DNA from: an uncultured Acetatifactor sp.
GTDB lineage: Bacteria; Bacillota; Clostridia; Lachnospirales; Lachnospiraceae
Reading direction: 5' to 3'
DNA length: 64,000 nt
NCBI GenBank assembly: GCA_947586055.1
Contig: CANPXL010000012.1
Location: 774-64,773 of the forward strand
Part shown: one piece after another, positions 47,168 to 57,270 of the stretch
How positions within the stretch are numbered: position 1 is the stretch's first letter
How the letters are laid out: each line of letters starts with the position of its first letter
Notes under the pieces: generated by a model
Database searches by the model: none
Seen by the model: the letters and a program-made list of their open reading frames with translations, nothing else
What the model was told of the DNA's origin: nothing
Made by a program: the position numbers and the translations under genes

Positions 47168-48292
47168 TTATTTATGTAAAGCATTTTTCCAACCTGACAC
47201 CAATACGCACAGCCCTGTGCCCACCAGGAGATAGGCGGCCATCAGATAAACATGATAGGTACTGTGCGTCGCCTTGAGATAGTAAAAAGGCGGAAGAAGA
47301 TACTGCAGCGGCCGAAAGCGGTCCACATTGATAAATACGGGACAGACCGCCGCCATTCCCATAAGAAGGATCGGGATGCAGCAGCCCAGACGCTCCGGCG
47401 TCCCGCAGAGCAGGCGGACCAGATTACAGAAGACCAGCACACAGCCCGTAAACAGCGCTGCATGGATCACTTCCCGATACCAGACCGTAAAGACCCCGGA
47501 CAGCCTGCAGGCGATCAGAAGCGCCGCCGCCGCGTCCGCCAGAACAACCCCGTGAAACCCGAAGGCCAGCCAGAGCCTGTGCTTTATAGGCATCCAGGAA
47601 AACGTTCCTCTCCGTTCATCCTGCATATAGTACAGGGAAGCGGCAAACCCGCACAGCACCAGCCAAAGGGCAAGGATCCCTCTCAGGGGAGCCAGAAGAT
47701 AACTGCTCTTCTCCGTGGCGCTTCCGTCAAAGTACACCACCTGAAACAGGGTGCCGTCCGCCTTCAGCCGCTCGTAGGCCTTCGACAGTTCCTCGTCCTC
47801 CGCCGCCAGCCCCAGATCGTCCCTGACATAATCCTCGTAAACGGCGTAGGAAAAGAACGGATACAGGGCGCTGGTCAGGATCTCTCTGGAAAAGGCGAGG
47901 GGGATGCTGTCCTCCCGCTCCACCACGGTCACAACAGGCCTCACCCGTTTCCGGGCCGCGCTCTCCCCCAGACGGAGGGCAAGGTTTTCCGGGAAAATCC
48001 ACGCCGCGTCAGCCTGAAAGCGTTCCACAAGGTCTCTCGCTTCCTCCGGCGTCTCGCAGATCACATATCGCAATACATTTCCGTCATCCAACAGCCCATC
48101 GACGATCTCTGCCGACAGTTCGTCAGACGGATCCGTCCGGCACAGCGCGATCGTCACGATCCCGCTTTCCTGCCGCGCCGCGAGCCGCATTCCCGCAACC
48201 AGCAGGGGGACGGCGCACAGGATCATAAGGAAACTCCCTTTTTTAAACAGACGCTTATTCAGAAGAAAAAACCATATCGCAATCCGGCGCAT
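47168..48292 (-). CDS. ABC-2 type transporter permease
   Basis: One N-terminal TM, extracytoplasmic loop, five C-terminal TMs, LLPPFY motif. Confidence 0.8.
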   Translation of the reverse strand: MRRIAIWFFLLNKRLFKKGSFLMILCAVPLLVAGMRLAARQESGIVTIALCRTDPSDELSAEIVDGLLDDGNVLRYVICETPEEARDLVERFQADAAWIFPENLALRLGESAARKRVRPVVTVVEREDSIPLAFSREILTSALYPFFSYAVYEDYVRDDLGLAAEDEELSKAYERLKADGTLFQVVYFDGSATEKSSYLLAPLRGILALWLVLCGFAASLYYMQDERRGTFSWMPIKHRLWLAFGFHGVVLADAAAALLIACRLSGVFTVWYREVIHAALFTGCVLVFCNLVRLLCGTPERLGCCIPILLMGMAAVCPVFINVDRFRPLQYLLPPFYYLKATHSTYHVYLMAAYLLVGTGLCVLVSGWKNALHK

Positions 48293-48298
48293 TTTCCG

Positions 48299-49540
48299 TT
48301 ATCCCCTCCGAATCCTGCAGTTTCTCACAAAAACCGAAATCCCGAAAAACACCGCCAGATAGCCAAACAGTCCCGCCGCCGCCCACAGAGAAGCCTCTTC
48401 CTGAAGCTGCGCCCCAGTGTATGCAAGCGCCCGTCCGGACGGAAGGGCCCCGCCGATCTTCCTCAAGACATCCGGAAACATACCGGAGGGATAAAAGCAG
48501 CCGGACAGATACGCCATGAAAATTCCGCATAAAAACTGCAGAAGAACGCTGCCGACAACGCCCGTTGTCAGCTCATACAGCAGAAACTGCATGGCGGCGA
48601 ATGACGCAGCCACGGGGATCATCTGAACATAGAAAGCAAAAAGCCCGGAGAACTCCCTTTCCGCCCCAACGGCGGAACTGACGGCGCCGCTGCCCAATAC
48701 CGCCCCAAGGATCAGAAAGACTCCCAGAAGGCAGCATAAATTGAGAAACAGATACGCCAGATACTCTCCCGCCACCTGCCGGAACGCTCCCACACCTTTC
48801 GACGCCATCAGACGCATCAAGCTGCCGTTCCTTCTCGCAAACAGCGGACAGCTGAAGATCCCCATAAGAAGCAGGAAAAAGATCAGCAGCCCGGAAAAGA
48901 GATGTTCCCCCGTGGAAAGTCCGGAGGACAGTCCCAGAGTCTCCAGATCGCAGATCTGCGTCCGGTTTAACACCATATCGATCAGCCGCAGGTTCAGATC
49001 GTCCGTAGCGCCCGCAACCTTATCCTTCATGCCGCGCTCCCGCAGAATATCCTGCATAGCGTATATAGCGTTCTGAGAATAGATAACCAGCGTGGACGCC
49101 ACCCCGGCAAGTTCCTCCACAAGGATTCCCGTTATTCCCTTCTGGCCTGTGGAGCCAACAAAGGTAATGGGCGCGTCGTTCGCCCCGCTGACAATGGCGT
49201 CTACAAGATCGTCCGGCACCACGGCGTACGCCGTGATATCACCCCTGATCAGCGCCCGTCTTGCCTCGGGCTCGGTCATAACCGGAAAGTCCAGTATAAA
49301 TCTGGAATCGTCCAACTGGGAAAGCGCGGAGATTCCAAAGCCAAGATAGGTATCCGTCGTATTTCCCACCAAAGCGATACGGTATCTGCGGCTGTCCTCC
49401 GCCCTTTCATCGCTGTTTAAGTACAGCGCCGCGAAAACGCCCACACAGCCGAACATGATCACCGTCACCGCGATCAGCGCGGGCAGAAGCTTCCGGGCGC
49501 GCCGAATCTGTACCGACAGGTACTTGCAAAATCCACTCAT
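48299..49540 (-). CDS. ABC-2 type transporter permease
   Basis: Same topology; GCFYPSGMFP...ALPSG. Confidence 0.8.
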   Translation of the reverse strand: MSGFCKYLSVQIRRARKLLPALIAVTVIMFGCVGVFAALYLNSDERAEDSRRYRIALVGNTTDTYLGFGISALSQLDDSRFILDFPVMTEPEARRALIRGDITAYAVVPDDLVDAIVSGANDAPITFVGSTGQKGITGILVEELAGVASTLVIYSQNAIYAMQDILRERGMKDKVAGATDDLNLRLIDMVLNRTQICDLETLGLSSGLSTGEHLFSGLLIFFLLLMGIFSCPLFARRNGSLMRLMASKGVGAFRQVAGEYLAYLFLNLCCLLGVFLILGAVLGSGAVSSAVGAEREFSGLFAFYVQMIPVAASFAAMQFLLYELTTGVVGSVLLQFLCGIFMAYLSGCFYPSGMFPDVLRKIGGALPSGRALAYTGAQLQEEASLWAAAGLFGYLAVFFGISVFVRNCRIRRG

Positions 49541-50208
49541 GATAGTATTCCCGCCAGCCGGTGAATGTCCCCGTCATACTCATAGGGAGTCAGGCTGCCG
49601 TCTCTGAGAATGTAGCATTGATCGCAGAGCGCAAGCTCCTGCATGTCGTGCGTTGCCAAAAGCAGGATGCCTCCCCCGTTTATATAAGTTTCAAAATATT
49701 GGTAAATCTTTTCCTTGCAGACAATGTCCAACGCCGCCGACGGCTCGTCAAGCAAAAGGATTCCGGGATTCGCGGCGACGGCGCAGCCGATGGACAGCCT
49801 TTTTTTCATTCCGCCCGACATCCTGTGTACCGGCACCTTCAGAAACCCACCGATCCCAAGGATCGCCAGCACCCCATGCTCCAGCTCCCGCTTCAGGGTC
49901 TTTCTGTCATACCACATACGCAGGTTATCCCATGCGTTCAGCTCTTCGATCAGAGGATTTTCCTGAGGGACATATCCCAGCACCGAATTGCGCAGCGCCG
50001 TATTTTTGAAAAGGTCCTCCCCGTCACAGAAAAAGCTGCCGCCATCCGCCTTCTGAACGCCCGCCAGCACGGAGAGCAGCGTGGATTTTCCACAGCCGTT
50101 CCCGCCGAGAATCCCCACGCAGCTGCCCTGTTTCGCCGTCAGAGACACATTTTTCAGGACTTTATTGCGCTGATACGCCTTTTGTATTCCTGACAGTTTA
50201 ATTTCCAT
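49537..50208 (-). CDS. ABC transporter ATP-binding protein
   Basis: GGNGCGKST, MSGGMKKR, LLLDEPS, ATH. Confidence 0.93.
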   Translation of the reverse strand: MEIKLSGIQKAYQRNKVLKNVSLTAKQGSCVGILGGNGCGKSTLLSVLAGVQKADGGSFFCDGEDLFKNTALRNSVLGYVPQENPLIEELNAWDNLRMWYDRKTLKRELEHGVLAILGIGGFLKVPVHRMSGGMKKRLSIGCAVAANPGILLLDEPSAALDIVCKEKIYQYFETYINGGGILLLATHDMQELALCDQCYILRDGSLTPYEYDGDIHRLAGILS

Positions 50209-50304
50209 AAAAGCCGTTCTCTCCCACCGTCTCCTGCCGCTTCCGATATCATCCCCGCCGCAGGGGTCGTTCTGATCCGCCCTCCCTGAAAAGAACCGTC
50301 CTAT

Positions 50305-52317
50305 TTAATAATAATAGTCGTCGTCATAATAATCATCGTAATAATAATCATCGTAATAATCGTAGCCGCCCAGTTCATCCTCCAGATCGTACAGCAGGCC
50401 GCTCAGTTCATCCCAGTCTCCGTCCGCAAGGGCGTCACAGACATCCTCGATGGGATCCAGCAGATAGTCCGGCAGATCCGTCTTCTCCAGATGGGAATAA
50501 AACTTCTTCCAGTCGATGGTCTCCACCCAGTCCTCAAGATCCCGCTCATCCTCCGCAAAGATCACGTTTTTCTCCTTCGGGATCTTCACGGACGACGCCT
50601 TCTTTTGTTCCTCGGAAACCGTAACGGATACCATGTCCTCTCCGTCGTAGGTCACGCCGCAGGTAACTTCCGCGGAATTCGGAGAAGATTGTTTTCCGGT
50701 CACGACGATCTGGATATCCTCCAGAATGGATGCCAAGAGGGGGCCTCCGCCTACGGGCACTCGGCCTCCGGACACTCCGGCCAGCAGTTCAGCGCCGTCC
50801 GGCGCCAGGCCGATGGTAATCCCGCCGTCAAACATGCCCTGTTTCAACGCCTTCATATCCAGCTTTTCGGTGGTAATCTTCAGCATGTCACCGCCGTCGC
50901 CGTTCTCTTCGTAGCTTAAGACAAATTCGCCGCTGTACTTATCTCCCGATTTCTTTCCGCTTCCAAGGAAAGAGACATCCATTTCATCCCCGTATTCTTC
51001 CACGTGCATGGAGATCTCGCTTCCGAATTTTCCGCCGTTCTCCGCCGTCAGTATCGCAAAGGACGCGGCAATGTCGTCTTCCTCGCTGTTTATCTCCAGC
51101 AGTCTTCCGATCACGTCACCGGCGCCGTCCACATAAAGCGTGAGCAATATGGTTCCCTCGTCCTCGTCGTAATCGCCGAAATCTCCCAGGTTGTCGCTGA
51201 GATATTCCACTTCCCGAAGGAACTCGTCGTACGCCTCGTCCCCGTCTCCGCCAAACGCATCCACGGTCTCAACGATGATGTCCTCCAGATCGGCATCGTC
51301 CCGGGCTTCCTCCAGAACCGCCTGCAGCATATCTCCGATCAGCTGCGGCGTCACTTCGATCTCCAGCGCGGTACATTTCTGGGAAACGCCTTCCACCTTC
51401 AGAGTTGCGGACCTTTTGTCGGCGTCATCGACGCAGGAGGATAGAATCTTTACATAATTTTCCACCAGCTTTTCGATCTTACCCTGACTGGGCAGCGCCT
51501 CTATGGTCTTTGTATACTGATCCCTGAAATCCTCCCAGTAATCCAGCGCCTCGTCAACGGGAATGTCCATATCTTCCAGATCCACGCCCAGGTATGTATC
51601 CGACAGTTCGGGAATCTGAAGATAGGCGGCGCCATCTTCCAGATCCAGCGCCCCCGCAAGCGTGAGCAGACTCTTCTGATTCAGTCCCCCGGACAGGTTC
51701 AGGGCGAACTGGTTTCCGTTTATGGTAATACTGCAGTCCGCGAAAACGCTCTCCAGCCAGGACAGATCCTCGCCCAGCGCGTTCTCCGCCAGTTCAAAGA
51801 TCTCGTCGAATCCATCGCCGAACGCCAGCGTCACGGAAGCGTTGGACGTACATTCAAACAGATCCGCGCTGTCCAGCACAAGAGACTGATACAGGCTTCC
51901 CGCTGATCCGGCCAGTTCTTTCGCATTTTCCTTTTCCACATACTGATAATATTTTTCGGGAGAAGAAACCGTCTTATGGAAGAAATTGGATATCTTTGCC
52001 GGCAGTTTCAGCGCAAAGGCTCCCCCGACCAGCACAACCGCCGCGGCGGCCACCGAACCGATCGTCACAAACAGCTTTTTGTGGCTCTTCGGCGCTTTCT
52101 TCTCTTTTTGATCCTGCTGCGCAGGCTGCGTCTGCGGCAACGGCTGGTTAATCGGCGGCACCGGCTGCGCCGACTGTATCGGCTGCGTCGGCTGTTGGGC
52201 CGGCTGTATCGACTGCGCCCCCCCGTCCGAAACGGCCCTGCCTTTTACCGGCGTACCGCAGTTCGGACAGAACAGCTCGCCGTCCTGCAGCTTTGTTCCA
52301 CACTTTTCACAAAACAT
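50305..52317 (-). CDS. zinc ribbon - Gln/Pro linker - TM - large acidic domain protein
   Basis: MFCEKCG...FCPNCG; QPAQ repeats; one TM; Asp/Tyr low-complexity C-terminus; start moved to ATG 52317. Confidence 0.8.
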   Translation of the reverse strand: MFCEKCGTKLQDGELFCPNCGTPVKGRAVSDGGAQSIQPAQQPTQPIQSAQPVPPINQPLPQTQPAQQDQKEKKAPKSHKKLFVTIGSVAAAAVVLVGGAFALKLPAKISNFFHKTVSSPEKYYQYVEKENAKELAGSAGSLYQSLVLDSADLFECTSNASVTLAFGDGFDEIFELAENALGEDLSWLESVFADCSITINGNQFALNLSGGLNQKSLLTLAGALDLEDGAAYLQIPELSDTYLGVDLEDMDIPVDEALDYWEDFRDQYTKTIEALPSQGKIEKLVENYVKILSSCVDDADKRSATLKVEGVSQKCTALEIEVTPQLIGDMLQAVLEEARDDADLEDIIVETVDAFGGDGDEAYDEFLREVEYLSDNLGDFGDYDEDEGTILLTLYVDGAGDVIGRLLEINSEEDDIAASFAILTAENGGKFGSEISMHVEEYGDEMDVSFLGSGKKSGDKYSGEFVLSYEENGDGGDMLKITTEKLDMKALKQGMFDGGITIGLAPDGAELLAGVSGGRVPVGGGPLLASILEDIQIVVTGKQSSPNSAEVTCGVTYDGEDMVSVTVSEEQKKASSVKIPKEKNVIFAEDERDLEDWVETIDWKKFYSHLEKTDLPDYLLDPIEDVCDALADGDWDELSGLLYDLEDELGGYDYYDDYYYDDYYDDDYYY

Positions 52318-52482
52318 ACGAATCCTCCTCAAATATTCCGCAGGATCTCCCTCAATCTCCGCCCTGCATTTTGTTTCAAAACTCTTTCAACATTATACCG
52401 ATGTTTTCCTCTTTTTGTCAAGCCGTGTCCGAAAGGAACTGCCATCGCTGTAAAAGGAAGAAAAAGAACGCGGAAAAATGTC

Positions 52483-52544
52483 GGGGCCTGTCCAAAAAAC
52501 AAGCCGCATGGCAGCGGCCAAAGCCCTGCCTGCGACTTGTTTTT
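52483..52544. repeat. imperfect inverted repeat, possible IS-end remnant
   Basis: AAAAACAAG.CGCA.GGCAG ... CTGCC.TGCG.CTTGTTTTT (52495-52544) next to GGGGCCTGTCCAAAAAA. Confidence 0.4.
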
Positions 52545-52623
52545 GGTGTTGATTTCTTATTTTACGGCCAAAGACTCCCGGGCGAATGTTGAAACCCGCA
52601 AAGCCAGGGACATCCCCAGACTG

Positions 52624-53241
52624 TTACTCAACCAGCATATCCCATGAGTGGTATACGCCGTAGCGGCCGTTGACCTTGATGACAAGCCAACTCTCCACTA
52701 CCAGATCCCTGTCATACTCAAACTGCGTCGTGACGAGATAACCCTTAGAAACCTTCAGATCTCTGAGATCCCTGCTTTCAATGCCTCCCTTCCCCAGCAA
52801 GAACGATTCCGCCGCATCCTCCAGAAGCTTGTTAACATCCTTTCCGCTGATCTTCGTAACGTCGAGCACCTTATAGTGCTCCACATCCTCAAAATTATCA
52901 TATTCATCAATGTTGTCGTAACTTTCCTCAGCCCAGTCTTCTACCTCCCCCTCAAGATCCTTGGGGTAGAACTTTTTCCATTTTACATCGCCAGCATCCT
53001 TTTCTCCCGACATAAAGACCTGAACGTAAGTCTTTACCGCCTTCTTTGCCTTTCCCTCTGCGACGCCTCTTGCGATGGCGGGAATCAGGATCACAAGGAT
53101 CACAACCGCCACAACGGCGATGATGGCGATCATCTTGGAATCCAGTTTCAGCCCCTTCTTCTGGCCGTCCTGAGACGGAGTCCCCTGAGGCTGCGGTGCC
53201 GCTCCGCTGGTGGGAGCATAATTATTCGTGTTGATATCCAT
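52624..53241 (-). CDS. single-TM hypothetical protein
   Basis: GGAGGAG RBS before ATG 53241; Pro/Gln linker, polybasic stretch, TM, acidic domain; visibly AT-richer than the flanks. Confidence 0.75.
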   Translation of the reverse strand: MDINTNNYAPTSGAAPQPQGTPSQDGQKKGLKLDSKMIAIIAVVAVVILVILIPAIARGVAEGKAKKAVKTYVQVFMSGEKDAGDVKWKKFYPKDLEGEVEDWAEESYDNIDEYDNFEDVEHYKVLDVTKISGKDVNKLLEDAAESFLLGKGGIESRDLRDLKVSKGYLVTTQFEYDRDLVVESWLVIKVNGRYGVYHSWDMLVE

Positions 53242-53362
53242 TTCTTCTCCTCCACTTTCTGTTGACGGTTGCCACAAGGAACCGCCCTTTGCACAACTTA
53301 TGCTTATGTTAGCACAGGCATGACGAAAAAGCAAGAAAAAAATCTTTTTTCGGGTTCTCATG

Positions 53363-53395
53363 GCAACAGTTCAGCCGCGCCATTCGCAAAGCCGC
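53363..53395. repeat. partial copy of the CAGTTCAGC repeat family
   Basis: 53367-53395 is the reverse complement of 14958-14987 with one indel; lies 3 nt beyond the secDF stop. Confidence 0.85.
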
Positions 53396-53398
53396 TTC

Positions 53399-55639
53399 TT
53401 ACCGCTCCTGTTTCGGGCGGAATTTCCTGCGGAGCAGATACCATATACTCCCCGCCAGACAGACGGAGGAATAGGTGCCGCAGACAATGCCTACCATCAG
53501 CGGCAGCGCAAAGTCCTTGATGCTGGTCACGCCGAGAACATAAAGCACGGCGACCATGATAAACGTGGTCAGGGAAGTAAAAATGCTTCTGGACATGGTC
53601 TGGGTGACGCTTCGGTTTACGGTCTCCTGCAGATCCTCCCTGCCGCCCTTTGCCGCCATATTCTCCCGGATGCGGTCGAAAATCACGATGGTGGCGTTGA
53701 TGGAATAACCAACAATGGTCAGCATGCACGCCACAAAGGTATTGCTCACAGATACCCTTGCCGCCGCGTAGAACGCCAGCACAACGAGCACATCGTGAAT
53801 CAGCGCAATGATGCTGCTGACGCCGAAGCGGAGGTCCTTAAAGCGGATCCTGATGTAGATCAGCATGCAGACGATGGCCACCGCCACCGCGATAATGGTG
53901 TCGGATTTCATCTCGTCGCTGATCGTGGAGCTGATCGTCTCGGACGTGATCATCTTTTCCTCGATCCCAAAAGTATCGGTCAGCATCTTCGTCAGCGCTT
54001 CGTTCCGGTCGATGTCAAGCGTATCCATCTTAAAGATGACCTCGTTGGTCTCCTGGACGGTCTGTACCTGCACGGCGCTGCCCGTGATGTCCTCAATGAG
54101 AGGGACTACCTGCTCGTTCGCTTCCTCCAGCGTCATGGCATGGTCAAAGGTGACCGTCACCGCCGTGCCGCCCTTAAAGTCCAGACTGTAATTCAGCGCG
54201 TCGCCGGTCTTCGCGCCGTAAACGCCCATTACGATAAACCCGGCCGCGATCACGGCCAGAGAAATTCCCATAAAGATTCCCTTTTTCTGCAGAATGGCAA
54301 GAGGCCTGCGCTCTTTCGACACGCCGTAAAGCTTCGGATTCTTTGCACCCAGCTCATAAAAGGCGAGCAGCACATACCGGGTCACCACAAGGGAAGTAAA
54401 CATGGACAGCACGATGCCCAGCGCGAGGGTCTGGGCGAAGCCCTTCACGGAGCCGGGGCCCAGAAACAGCAGCACGCAGGCCGCGATCAGGGTTGTGATA
54501 TTGCCGTCCAGAATCGCGGAGAAAGCTTTGCTGAATCCGGCCTGGATGGCGCTCCGCACCGTCTTTGCCGCGGCGAGTTCCTCCCGGATGCGGGCAAATA
54601 TAATCACGTTCGCGTCCACCGCCATGCCCACGGAAAGGATAATGCCCGCGATACCGGACAGCGTCAGCGTCATGGCAAAACCGTTCAAAAGCAGGATCAC
54701 AAGGGCCACATAGGACAGCAGTCCGATCACGGAAGCAACCCCCGGTATCCGGTAGACAACGATCATAAACAACGCCACAAGCGCCAGGCCGATAGTGCCC
54801 GCGATCAGGCTGGTCCGGATGGCGTCCACGCCCAGCTGGGCGCCCACCACCTTGGAATGGAGCTGCTCCAGCTCCAGCTTCAGGCCACCGATGCGGATGG
54901 TGGAAGCGAGCTGTTCCGCCTCTTCATAAGTGCTCTGGCCGTTGATGACCGCGTTCCCGTCCGTGATCGCCGCCGAGACTCTCGGCACGCTGACCAGCTC
55001 GCCGTCGTAATAGATCGCAATGGACTCTCCGGCGGCAAGGGCTTTCGTCGTGGCGTCCGCAAAGGCTTTCGTTCCTCCCTCCGTCAGTGTCAGGCTGACG
55101 ACGTACTCCGAGTTGCCCGTGACGGAATCCCGCTGGGTTCCGGCTTTGGCGTCCGCCACATCCGTTCCCGTTATGACGACGGAGCCGTCCTCCAGCAGTT
55201 CGTCAATGGTCTTTGTCAGCGTATATGTCCCATCCATCCCATAGCTGTAGTTGCTGTTGCCGTCCGCGTCCGTCTGCGCGATGAAATACAGCGCTCCGGG
55301 CCGTCCCAGCTCCTTCAGGATCTCGTTGGCGTTGGAAACCCCGGGGATCTCGATATTGATCCTGTCGCTTCCCTCCTGATAGACGATGGCTTCCGTACTG
55401 TAGCCCTCCACCCTCTGCTGCAGCTTATAGATGGTGTCGCTCATGTCCGTGCTGTCGGGTTCCTCTTCTCCCACCACCTGATAGGTAATGCTGACGCCGC
55501 CCGCCAGATCCAGCCCCAGCTTGATGTCGGAAGCGCTTCCGTCTCCCATGGCGTTTACGCCGAAGATGTCTACATAAGCGACTCCGGCAAGCAGCACCAG
55601 AATACAAAGCAAAATTATGACCGCCCTGTTCTTTTTCAT
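53399..55639 (-). CDS. secDF: fused protein translocase subunit SecDF
   Basis: KLGLDLAGG, GMAVDANVII, ILDGNITT, SLDFKGGT, GYSINATIVIFDRIRE, GTYSS. Confidence 0.96.
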   Translation of the reverse strand: MKKNRAVIILLCILVLLAGVAYVDIFGVNAMGDGSASDIKLGLDLAGGVSITYQVVGEEEPDSTDMSDTIYKLQQRVEGYSTEAIVYQEGSDRINIEIPGVSNANEILKELGRPGALYFIAQTDADGNSNYSYGMDGTYTLTKTIDELLEDGSVVITGTDVADAKAGTQRDSVTGNSEYVVSLTLTEGGTKAFADATTKALAAGESIAIYYDGELVSVPRVSAAITDGNAVINGQSTYEEAEQLASTIRIGGLKLELEQLHSKVVGAQLGVDAIRTSLIAGTIGLALVALFMIVVYRIPGVASVIGLLSYVALVILLLNGFAMTLTLSGIAGIILSVGMAVDANVIIFARIREELAAAKTVRSAIQAGFSKAFSAILDGNITTLIAACVLLFLGPGSVKGFAQTLALGIVLSMFTSLVVTRYVLLAFYELGAKNPKLYGVSKERRPLAILQKKGIFMGISLAVIAAGFIVMGVYGAKTGDALNYSLDFKGGTAVTVTFDHAMTLEEANEQVVPLIEDITGSAVQVQTVQETNEVIFKMDTLDIDRNEALTKMLTDTFGIEEKMITSETISSTISDEMKSDTIIAVAVAIVCMLIYIRIRFKDLRFGVSSIIALIHDVLVVLAFYAAARVSVSNTFVACMLTIVGYSINATIVIFDRIRENMAAKGGREDLQETVNRSVTQTMSRSIFTSLTTFIMVAVLYVLGVTSIKDFALPLMVGIVCGTYSSVCLAGSIWYLLRRKFRPKQER

Positions 55640-55667
55640 CTCTTTTTATCCTTTCTGCTGTGTTTTT

Positions 55668-57053
55668 TTATATATCCTGCTCGGCCGCCTTCAGCATGAC
55701 GGCGCATTCCACACGTTTTCTTTCCAGTTCGCAGCCCACGTCGTAAGCGTCGTTGATACTGCCGTTGAAGTTGTACGCGTTCGCCGCGCAGCCGCCGCTG
55801 CAGTAAAATCTGGCGAAACACTTCCTGCATTTTTCCTTTGTGTAGACGTTGCAGCTGCGGAAGCGGTCCCTGATGTCCTCACGCAGGATCCCTTCCTCCA
55901 CATTTCCCATGAGGAACGCCTCGTTTCCCACAAACTGGTGGCAGGGGTACAGGTCGCCCCACGGCGTCACGGCCAGATATTCCGTGCCGGAGCCGCAGCC
56001 CGCGAGCCGCTTTGCCACACAGGGCCCGCCGCTTAAGTCTATCATAAAATGAAAGAAGTGAAAACCCCTTCCCTCTCTCTTCCTCTTTAAAATCTCTTCC
56101 GCCAGCCGGTCATATTCCGCCTTCAGCGCCGGAAGATCGGCTTCCGTGATGGCGTAGTCGTCGTCGGGTCCGGCCACCACCGGCTCCACGGAGATCTGCC
56201 GAAAGCCCAGATCCGCCAGATGGAGCACATCCCGGGAAAAATCCAGATTGTTGTGGGTAAAGGTGCCGCGCACATAATACCGCTCCTGCCCCCTGCTCTC
56301 CGCCACCTTCTGAAACTTCGGAACGATCAGATCATAGCTGCCCTGGCCGCCCCGGAAAGGACGCATCTTATCGTGGATCTCCCTGCGCCCGTCGATGCTG
56401 AGCACGACGTTTGCCATCTCCCTGTTTACAAACGCAAGGATCTCGTCGTTTAAGAGAACGCCGTTCGTGGTCAGCGTAAACCGGAACCTCTTGTTATGTG
56501 CCTTCTCCAGACTTCTGCCGTAGCGCACCAGCTCTTTCACCGTCTCCCAGTTCATCAGGGGCTCGCCGCCGAAAAAGTCCACCTCCAGATTCACCCGGTT
56601 TCCGGAGTTTGCCACGAGAAAGTCCAGAGCCTTTTTCCCGACTTCCACGCTCATCAGGGCCCGCCGTCCATGATATTCGCCTTCCCCCGCGAAACAGTAC
56701 CGGCAGGCGAGATTACAGTCGTGCGCGATATGCAGGCAGAGGGCCTTTACCACCGTCTGTCTGTCTTTGAAATCAGAGACGACCGATTCATAGAGATCCG
56801 GGGCAAACAGCTGTCCCGCCTTCTCCAGCTCCAGCACCTCGTCCACCGCCTCGCAGATTTCCTCCCGGCTGCAGGACAGAGACGCGCGCTGACAAACCGC
56901 CTCCTTCACCTTCCCGGGATCCCTGACCCCCTCGTTGATCAGGGACTCCGTCAGGGGAATGATGTCGTAGACAACGTCGTCCACCACATGTATGGACCCG
57001 CTGTTTATATCCATAACGATATTGTAACCGCCGCTTTTATATTGGTGTATCAA
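55668..57053 (-). CDS. scfB: SCIFF radical-SAM/SPASM thioether maturase
   Basis: MIHQYK (TTG start), CNLACRYC, FFGGEP, SPASM CGSG...YPCHQF...CRKC...CSGGC. Confidence 0.94.
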   Translation of the reverse strand: MIHQYKSGGYNIVMDINSGSIHVVDDVVYDIIPLTESLINEGVRDPGKVKEAVCQRASLSCSREEICEAVDEVLELEKAGQLFAPDLYESVVSDFKDRQTVVKALCLHIAHDCNLACRYCFAGEGEYHGRRALMSVEVGKKALDFLVANSGNRVNLEVDFFGGEPLMNWETVKELVRYGRSLEKAHNKRFRFTLTTNGVLLNDEILAFVNREMANVVLSIDGRREIHDKMRPFRGGQGSYDLIVPKFQKVAESRGQERYYVRGTFTHNNLDFSRDVLHLADLGFRQISVEPVVAGPDDDYAITEADLPALKAEYDRLAEEILKRKREGRGFHFFHFMIDLSGGPCVAKRLAGCGSGTEYLAVTPWGDLYPCHQFVGNEAFLMGNVEEGILREDIRDRFRSCNVYTKEKCRKCFARFYCSGGCAANAYNFNGSINDAYDVGCELERKRVECAVMLKAAEQDI

Positions 57054-57077
57054 CTCAGAATTTCCTCTCACACAAAA

Positions 57078-57106
57078 AGTAGCAGCGACCGGAATCGCTG
57101 CTTACT
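57078..57106 (-). terminator. hairpin between scfA and scfB
   Basis: AGCAGCGA / TCGCTGCT stem with extension and T5 tract on the minus strand. Confidence 0.6.
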
Positions 57107-57126
57107 CTAGTCTTTCGATAGTCAGA

Positions 57127-57270
57127 TTATTTCATCTTCTCACAGCTCTGATTTCCTACGGTGCAGGAAGTCTTGCACGCCGACTGGCAGGAGGTCTGAC
57201 ATTCGCCGCAACCGCCCTTCTTCATGGATTCCTTGAGATTCCTCGTGGTCAAAGTCTTGATGTGCTTCAT
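57127..57270 (-). CDS. scfA: SCIFF (six-cysteine) ranthipeptide precursor, 47 aa
   Basis: MKHIKTLTTRNLKESMKKGGCGECQTSCQSACKTSCTVGNQSCEKMK; AAGGAGG RBS; below the ORF-track cutoff. Confidence 0.97.
   Translation of the reverse strand: MKHIKTLTTRNLKESMKKGGCGECQTSCQSACKTSCTVGNQSCEKMK

Noticed and set aside
50785-50793. CAGTTCAGC as a further repeat-family copy
   Set aside because: Lies in coding sequence (Ala-Glu-Leu codons) with no flanking similarity; chance match.
53360-55699. 779-aa plus-strand ORF
   Set aside because: Exact antisense shadow of secDF; no RBS or motifs; long antisense frames are expected with high GC at third codon positions.
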